Shown one piece after another: positions 58,603 through 64,000 of a stretch of DNA of 64,000 nucleotides. Both the position numbers and the translations under genes were made by a program. The notes under the pieces are model-generated. The model was not told the DNA's origin, did not search any database, and saw nothing but the letters and a program-made list of their open reading frames with translations. How positions within the stretch are numbered: the stretch's first letter is position 1; every line of letters begins with the position of its first letter. This stretch comes from Promethearchaeota archaeon. GTDB taxonomy: Archaea > Asgardarchaeota > Lokiarchaeia > Sigyniarchaeales > SOKP01. The stretch is taken from NCBI GenBank assembly GCA_016839555.1, contig JAEOUA010000005.1, positions 64,001 to 128,000 of the forward strand, given 5' to 3'.

Positions 58603-60162
58603 TTGATAGATTTATTTTCTATGGAAAAGAATAATAATGTAATTGCTTCTTATCCCGTTATAGTAGTTGGATCTGGTCTTGGAGGAATTGGCGCAGCATG
58701 TCAATTAGTATTGCGAGGAGAGGAAGTATTATTACTTGAAAAACATAATGTTCCAGGAGGATTTGCTACTTCTTTTGTCAGAGGTCGATTTGAATTTGAA
58801 GGTGCTCTTCATGAACTTAGTGATGTTGGAACGGAAGATAATAAAGGCAGCCTTTATCGTTTTCTAGAAAGATTAGGTATATTACCAGATAAATTGAAGT
58901 TTAAGCATGTACCCGAATTTTATCGAAGTGTGTTTCTTGATGGATATGATGTTACTATGCCTTTAGGTGTAGAAGAATATACTGAAAAATTAATAGAACT
59001 CTTTCCTGCAGAAAAGAAAGGAATAGAAGACTTTATGGAAATGTGTAAGGCTGTGCTTGAAGGGATAGAATATATTGCCTCAAAAGGAGGAAGATTTAAG
59101 CCTCAAGAAGTTCTAAAAGAGCATCCGTGGCTGCCACGTGTTTCTGGTATAACCTTATCAGAGCTCTATGAAAAATTTTTTACTGATAAAAAACTGATTG
59201 CATTAATTTCCCAACTCTGGGGATATATTGGGCTGCCTCCAGACAGAATAAATGCCTATGCATTTGTTGCTATGTTAATCTTTTATTTAAAGTGGGGTGC
59301 AGCATTTCCTATAGGGAGATCTCATGCATTAGTAAATGCCATGGTGGAGGCTTTTAAAAAATTCGGAGGAGAAATTCGTTATAATGCTTTAGTAAATAGA
59401 ATACTCGTGGAAAATGGTAGAGTATATGGAGTAGAATTGCTTAATGGAGATATTTATAAATGTAAGGCGGTGATTTCTAATGTCAATCCAATATGTACTG
59501 CTATGAAGATGTTACCACCAGAAGTTGTTCCAGATGAATATAAGAAAAAAATCTATGCTCCTGAGATTGGACCTTCAGGATTTTCGGTGTATATTGGCTT
59601 AAACGCATCGTATCAAGATTTAGGGTTAAATGCTCATGAAACCTTTATAAATAATAATTATGATATGAATGCCGCTTTTGAAAACTTTCATAAGTTAGAG
59701 GCACCAAAATATATAGTTGCTGCATGTTATAATCACATTTATGAAGACATCAGTCCACTTGGAACCACTGAACTGGTCTTAACCACTCTTCAAATGGGAA
59801 AACTCTGGCAAGATGTAGCTCCTGATCAATATTTTTATATTAAAGATAAAATTTCGGACAGTATGGTGTCTTTAGTGGAAAATACAATCTGTCCGGATGT
59901 CAGAGATTATATAGAAGTTGCTTTTGCTGCAACTCCATTAACCTATTATCGATATTCTAAAAATATTGAAGGTGCTATTTATGGAACCACCCAAGATGTA
60001 ACTAATGGACCAATGCTTCGATTAAAAAGTCGAGGACCCTTACCCGGACTATATCAAGTAGGAGCCTGGACAAACTTCGGTGGGGGTTTCTCTACCACAA
60101 TATTAGGGGGAAGAATCGCCTCAGGTATGTATTTGAAAGACAAAATAGAGGGGAGATGGTAG
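58603..60162 (+). CDS. Phytoene desaturase/retinol-saturase-like FAD-dependent oxidoreductase, copy 2
   Basis: IVVGSGLGG, LLEKHNVPGGFATSFVRGRFEFEGALHEL, ATPLTYYRYS...GAIYG, GLYQVGAW. Confidence 0.9.
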   Translation: MIDLFSMEKNNNVIASYPVIVVGSGLGGIGAACQLVLRGEEVLLLEKHNVPGGFATSFVRGRFEFEGALHELSDVGTEDNKGSLYRFLERLGILPDKLKFKHVPEFYRSVFLDGYDVTMPLGVEEYTEKLIELFPAEKKGIEDFMEMCKAVLEGIEYIASKGGRFKPQEVLKEHPWLPRVSGITLSELYEKFFTDKKLIALISQLWGYIGLPPDRINAYAFVAMLIFYLKWGAAFPIGRSHALVNAMVEAFKKFGGEIRYNALVNRILVENGRVYGVELLNGDIYKCKAVISNVNPICTAMKMLPPEVVPDEYKKKIYAPEIGPSGFSVYIGLNASYQDLGLNAHETFINNNYDMNAAFENFHKLEAPKYIVAACYNHIYEDISPLGTTELVLTTLQMGKLWQDVAPDQYFYIKDKISDSMVSLVENTICPDVRDYIEVAFAATPLTYYRYSKNIEGAIYGTTQDVTNGPMLRLKSRGPLPGLYQVGAWTNFGGGFSTTILGGRIASGMYLKDKIEGRW

Positions 60163-61352
60163 CTATGATGGAAGATTTAAAAAAGTATCAAAAAGCTGAA
60201 AAATTAAAAAAACAACGTGAAGAAGCACAACAAATACCATGGTATTATGATGGGTTAGAGAGATTATGTGATCGAATTCACCCGGGAAAACAACTGGTTA
60301 AAATAACCGATATTAAAGATCTCTCCTATGACACCAAATTATTTCGGTTTGTTTCCGTTAACCCAAATAAACCCCTCGCACCATTTCGTGCAGGGCAATA
60401 TATAGGATTGACTGTAGAAATTAATGGAGTACGAACTTCACGCCCTTATTCCTTAGTATCCTCACCTAATCAGCTCGCTTATTATGAATTAGGTATTAGA
60501 AAAAAGCAAGATGGATTTGTGACTCCATATTTCCTAGAAAATGCTAAAGTTGGAGACATTTTTGAAGTCACAGAACCTTTAGGAGATTTATATTATAGTC
60601 CCCTATTTCATGGAAAAAATTTAGTATTTATTGCTGGGGGATGTGGGATAACACCATTTATATCAATGTTGCGAGATATTTCCGAAAAAGCCTTATTTTT
60701 GAATGTATCCTTAATTTTTGGTTGCGTGAAAGAAAAAGATATCATCTTTAGAGATGAATTAGAAAATATAGCAGACAGAAGGTCAAATATTTCTGTAAAA
60801 TATATTCTATCTGAACCAGATCCTGACTGGAAAGGGGAATGTGGGTTTATTACAGGGGATAAGATTCTAAATGAAATTGGATTAATCAAAGATAAATACT
60901 TCTATGTAGTTGGAAATCGTCCTATGTATCAATTCATGAAAGAAGAAATGCATAAATTAGGCGTACCTCAACATAAAGTGTATTATGAGGCGTTTGGTGT
61001 CCCAGACGATATCACTCAAGTAATGGGTTGGCCAGAAGAAATTGATAAATCCAAAAAAATCAAGATTTCAGTCAAATATAGGAAATTTGGGAAGCCAGAA
61101 ACAATCGAATTTGACGCATTATGCATTGAACCACTTCTAAATAGCATAGAACGTACCAAAGAATTAGCTTTATCGATAGATAATGGATGCCGCTCGGGAC
61201 AATGTGCATTATGTAGGACAAAAATAATATCTGGAAAAGTTTTTGTCCCGCCCGAAGTCACCATCCGAGAAACAGATAGAGATTATGGATTTATCCATCC
61301 GTGCGTCTCTTACCCTTTAACTGATATCGAATTGGATTTAACTTTAACATAA
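60156..61352 (+). CDS. FNR-like reductase with C-terminal [2Fe-2S] ferredoxin, copy 2
   Basis: FRAGQY, RPYSLVSS, AGGCGITP, EAFG, CRSGQCALC...C; overlaps or abuts the upstream gene. Confidence 0.9.
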   Translation: MVAMMEDLKKYQKAEKLKKQREEAQQIPWYYDGLERLCDRIHPGKQLVKITDIKDLSYDTKLFRFVSVNPNKPLAPFRAGQYIGLTVEINGVRTSRPYSLVSSPNQLAYYELGIRKKQDGFVTPYFLENAKVGDIFEVTEPLGDLYYSPLFHGKNLVFIAGGCGITPFISMLRDISEKALFLNVSLIFGCVKEKDIIFRDELENIADRRSNISVKYILSEPDPDWKGECGFITGDKILNEIGLIKDKYFYVVGNRPMYQFMKEEMHKLGVPQHKVYYEAFGVPDDITQVMGWPEEIDKSKKIKISVKYRKFGKPETIEFDALCIEPLLNSIERTKELALSIDNGCRSGQCALCRTKIISGKVFVPPEVTIRETDRDYGFIHPCVSYPLTDIELDLTLT

Positions 61353-61430
61353 TTTTTTTAATAAAGACTTAAAAATATCAAACACTTATAAATTAAAGGA
61401 AATAATTAAATTATTTTGAAAGTGATTTAA

Positions 61431-61832
61431 ATGAAAATATTAACAAAAGAGTGGTTGGAAGCGTTTGGAAAGGCGATAAATGATAATCCTGCATATCGCG
61501 AATCCGCTGCTATGTGGGAAGGTGATATGCTATGTGTGATTGAACCTAGTGGGCCATTAGATCATGAAGTTCGATTCTTTATAGGATTATATCATGGAGA
61601 ATGTACCGGTGTTAAATTACTGAAAGAAGGTGAAGAAGTAGATACCGAATTTACACTTGCTGGGCCGTATGATAATTGGATAAAAGTTGTTAATAAAGAA
61701 TTGGACACGATCCAAGCTGTAATGTCAGGAAAGTTAAGGCTCACAGGGAATATGGCTAAATTGATGAGAGCTACAAGAGCCGCTCAAGAGATTGTAAATA
61801 GTCTCCAAAATGTTGAAACAGAATTTCTGTAA
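61431..61832 (+). CDS. SCP2 (sterol carrier protein 2-like) lipid-binding domain protein
   Basis: EWLEAF...IN, W.....ELD..QAVMSGKLRLTGNMAKLMR. Confidence 0.88.
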   Translation: MKILTKEWLEAFGKAINDNPAYRESAAMWEGDMLCVIEPSGPLDHEVRFFIGLYHGECTGVKLLKEGEEVDTEFTLAGPYDNWIKVVNKELDTIQAVMSGKLRLTGNMAKLMRATRAAQEIVNSLQNVETEFL

Positions 61833-61908
61833 TTTTATTTTTTATATAATATATTTTCTTTTTAATTTATTCAACTTAGAAAAATAATTATTTTAAAGTG
61901 ATATACAA

Positions 61909-63108
61909 ATGATGTATTTTAATAGTCCGAATATTGTATATGGAGAGGAAGCTTTAGATTTCCTCGACCAAATCGCAGGAAATAAATGTTTTATCGTCAC
62001 TGATAAAAATATTCAAGATTTAGGATATTTAAAGATTTTGACTGATAAATTAGAGAAATCGGGAAAATCATACAAAATATTCAATGAAGTCAAGCCTGAT
62101 CCAAAAGAAGAGATCGTCTTAAAATCTAAAGAGTCATGTCTATCTTATGAGCCAGATTTAATTATAGCGTTAGGAGGAGGCTCTGTAATAGATACTGCAA
62201 AAGGGACTTGGGCTATGTATGAATTTCCAGAATTTGGAATAGATGATTTACATATTTTTAACAATAAACTCTATGAATTAGGCAGAAAAGCTAAACTAAT
62301 TGTAATTCCCACTACCTCTGGAACGGGAGCGGATGCTACTTATGCCGCCATCATTTCAAGAGATAATAATGGAGTATGGCAAAAATTAATTCAAGCTCAT
62401 AGAGGATTAGTACCTGTATTCTCTATATTAGATCCTATTTTTCCTTCAGGGATGCCTGCAAATTTAACCGTGAATACTGGCTTGGATGCTTTATGCCATG
62501 CCATGGAATGCTTGATTGCTAATGGAAGAAATGAATTCAGTAATACTTTAGCTACCAAAGCAATCCAATTAGTGTTTAAATATTTACCAATTGCATATAA
62601 AGATGGAAAGAATATGGAAGCGAGAAATTATCTCCATCAAGCAGCCACTATGGCAGGATTAGCATTCGGCAATGCCAATGTGCACATTGGACATACTACT
62701 GGACACTGCTTGGGTGCCGTTTTTGAAAAGACCCACGGGAGGACAGTGGCCGTGATGCTGAAGTATGTCACACAATTTTGCTTGAATAATCCTGATAAAG
62801 ATGATCCAACAACTAGAATTTATGCCAACCTCGCAAAACAACTCGGCTGGGCGAAATGGGAGGATAATGATAAAAAAGCTGCCGATATTGTTATCAATAA
62901 ATTAGAGGAATTGTATAAAATAGTAGGTTTTTCAGATACAATTCAAGATTTGGGCATTTCAAAAGAAGACTTAGAAAAAAACCTCAATACTTTAGTTACG
63001 TTATGTTTTCAAGATGCCAGTGGTTCAATGAGTCCCAGATTACCTTCCAAAGCAGATTTTGAAAATATCTATAGATATGCCTATGAAGGTAAAGATATCG
63101 ACTTTTAA
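61909..63108 (+). CDS. Iron-containing alcohol dehydrogenase
   Basis: ALGGGSVIDTAK, IPTTSGTG, GLDALCHAME, AGLAFGN, His ligands, HG. Confidence 0.92.
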   Translation: MMYFNSPNIVYGEEALDFLDQIAGNKCFIVTDKNIQDLGYLKILTDKLEKSGKSYKIFNEVKPDPKEEIVLKSKESCLSYEPDLIIALGGGSVIDTAKGTWAMYEFPEFGIDDLHIFNNKLYELGRKAKLIVIPTTSGTGADATYAAIISRDNNGVWQKLIQAHRGLVPVFSILDPIFPSGMPANLTVNTGLDALCHAMECLIANGRNEFSNTLATKAIQLVFKYLPIAYKDGKNMEARNYLHQAATMAGLAFGNANVHIGHTTGHCLGAVFEKTHGRTVAVMLKYVTQFCLNNPDKDDPTTRIYANLAKQLGWAKWEDNDKKAADIVINKLEELYKIVGFSDTIQDLGISKEDLEKNLNTLVTLCFQDASGSMSPRLPSKADFENIYRYAYEGKDIDF

Positions 63109-63182
63109 TCATATATATTGTCTTTATTTAGAGAATTAGAAAAAGAAAATTAAAGAAATAATTATTTTTAAGCTTTAAGCTT

Positions 63183-64000
63183 TTATTTCCATTTCCATTT
63201 TGGTTTACTTTTTGTTAATCGCGCGAGAGCACCATTAATCGCATCTTTAGTTTGAAGCAATTGAGAACTGACAAGGGTCTCAAGTTCTAATCCAAGAGGA
63301 ATATCTTTTCCGTAACAATCATCAATTAATTTTTTAGCAAGTCCTATTGCAAGAGGTCCTGACTCAATTAGTTCATCTGTATACATTTTAATAATTGAAT
63401 CTAATTCTACATGAGTTTTCGCAACTCTATTAACAACCCCCAATCTATATGCTTCATTTCCATTAAACTTACGTCCAGTTAATATTATATCTTTGGCGTT
63501 TTGAATCCCACAGATTCTCACAGTGCGAATGGTACCACCCACATCAGGATTAAGTCCTAATTTAGTTTCTAACATATAGAATTGAGCTGATTCTGTACAA
63601 AATCGAAAATCACAAGCTAAAGCCAGTTCAAAACCCATCCCGAAACAATATCCATTAATTTTAGCGATTACAGGCTTTTCCATCTTTTCAATTTGTGAAA
63701 ATAATGGTTGTACTGTGGTATTCATATAGTATCGGAAGTTTCGAGGGATTCGTAAATCGGGAATTTTCCCTTCAGGATCTTTTTCTTGTCCTGTTAAAAA
63801 ATTTAAATCTATTCCAGAACTAAAAAGCTCATCTCCTCCCGTAATAATCACAACTCTCGTATTTGTGCGTTCGACTTTATTTATCGCATTTTGAAGTGCT
63901 ATCATTAAATCGTAATTTATTGCGTTTTTCTTTTCAGGCCGATTTAATTTAATAGTTGTAATGGTTTTATCTTCATTTTCTTCGATTAAAATAAGATCTT
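63183..64000 (-). CDS. Enoyl-CoA hydratase/isomerase; 5' end lies beyond the window edge
   Basis: Frame open upstream of 63905 (TIKLNRPEKKNAINYDL) to the edge; FSSGIDL, KPVIAKING, GFELALACDFR, LETKLGLNPD. Confidence 0.9.
   Translation of the reverse strand, partial: DLILIEENEDKTITTIKLNRPEKKNAINYDLMIALQNAINKVERTNTRVVIITGGDELFSSGIDLNFLTGQEKDPEGKIPDLRIPRNFRYYMNTTVQPLFSQIEKMEKPVIAKINGYCFGMGFELALACDFRFCTESAQFYMLETKLGLNPDVGGTIRTVRICGIQNAKDIILTGRKFNGNEAYRLGVVNRVAKTHVELDSIIKMYTDELIESGPLAIGLAKKLIDDCYGKDIPLGLELETLVSSQLLQTKDAINGALARLTKSKPKWKWK

Noticed and set aside
34-62841. Many 60-160 aa ORFs antisense to or nested within long genes (e.g. 34-282, 2228-2523, 5338-5538, 8110-8683, 13162-13632, 17020-17502, 39034-39384, 48854-49141, 52148-52444, 60608-61264)
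   Set aside because: They shadow well-supported genes, lack motifs and show antisense-type composition

Overview
AT-rich (roughly 30% GC by eye) archaeal DNA. It most resembles an Asgard/Lokiarchaeia (Promethearchaeota) chromosome; this is inferred from longin-like proteins, fragments of a Loki-type LRR family, TPR and Zn-ribbon expansions, an archaeal-sized SRP RNA and GGTGA/GGAGGTG ribosome-binding sites. The window holds about 50 protein-coding genes, dominated by lipid and acyl-CoA metabolism: two acyl-CoA ligases, three crotonase-family proteins, a frameshifted acyl-CoA dehydrogenase, a Cys-less thiolase-like/DUF35 pair, an ADP-forming acyl-CoA synthetase, an HSL esterase, FAD-dependent glycerol-3-phosphate dehydrogenase, SCP2 and an Fe-ADH. 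It also has transporters, an SRP RNA (32634-32935, minus) and a decayed zone of gene fragments (55.1-57.8 kb). The best candidates for an undescribed system are: (1) a two-gene module present twice, a CrtI/RetSat-like flavoenzyme coupled to an FNR-[2Fe-2S] reductase, one copy beside an extended SDR and the other beside SCP2 and an ADH; (2) a 7TM protein plus longin-like domain module seen both split and fused; (3) a CDP-alcohol phosphotransferase/GT2/CDP-glucose synthase cluster; (4) an unannotated ~92-nt structured RNA beside an unannotated 10-Cys desulforedoxin-like miniprotein. No rRNA, tRNA, CRISPR array or intact transposase was seen. All family assignments come from motif recognition by eye; no database search was run.
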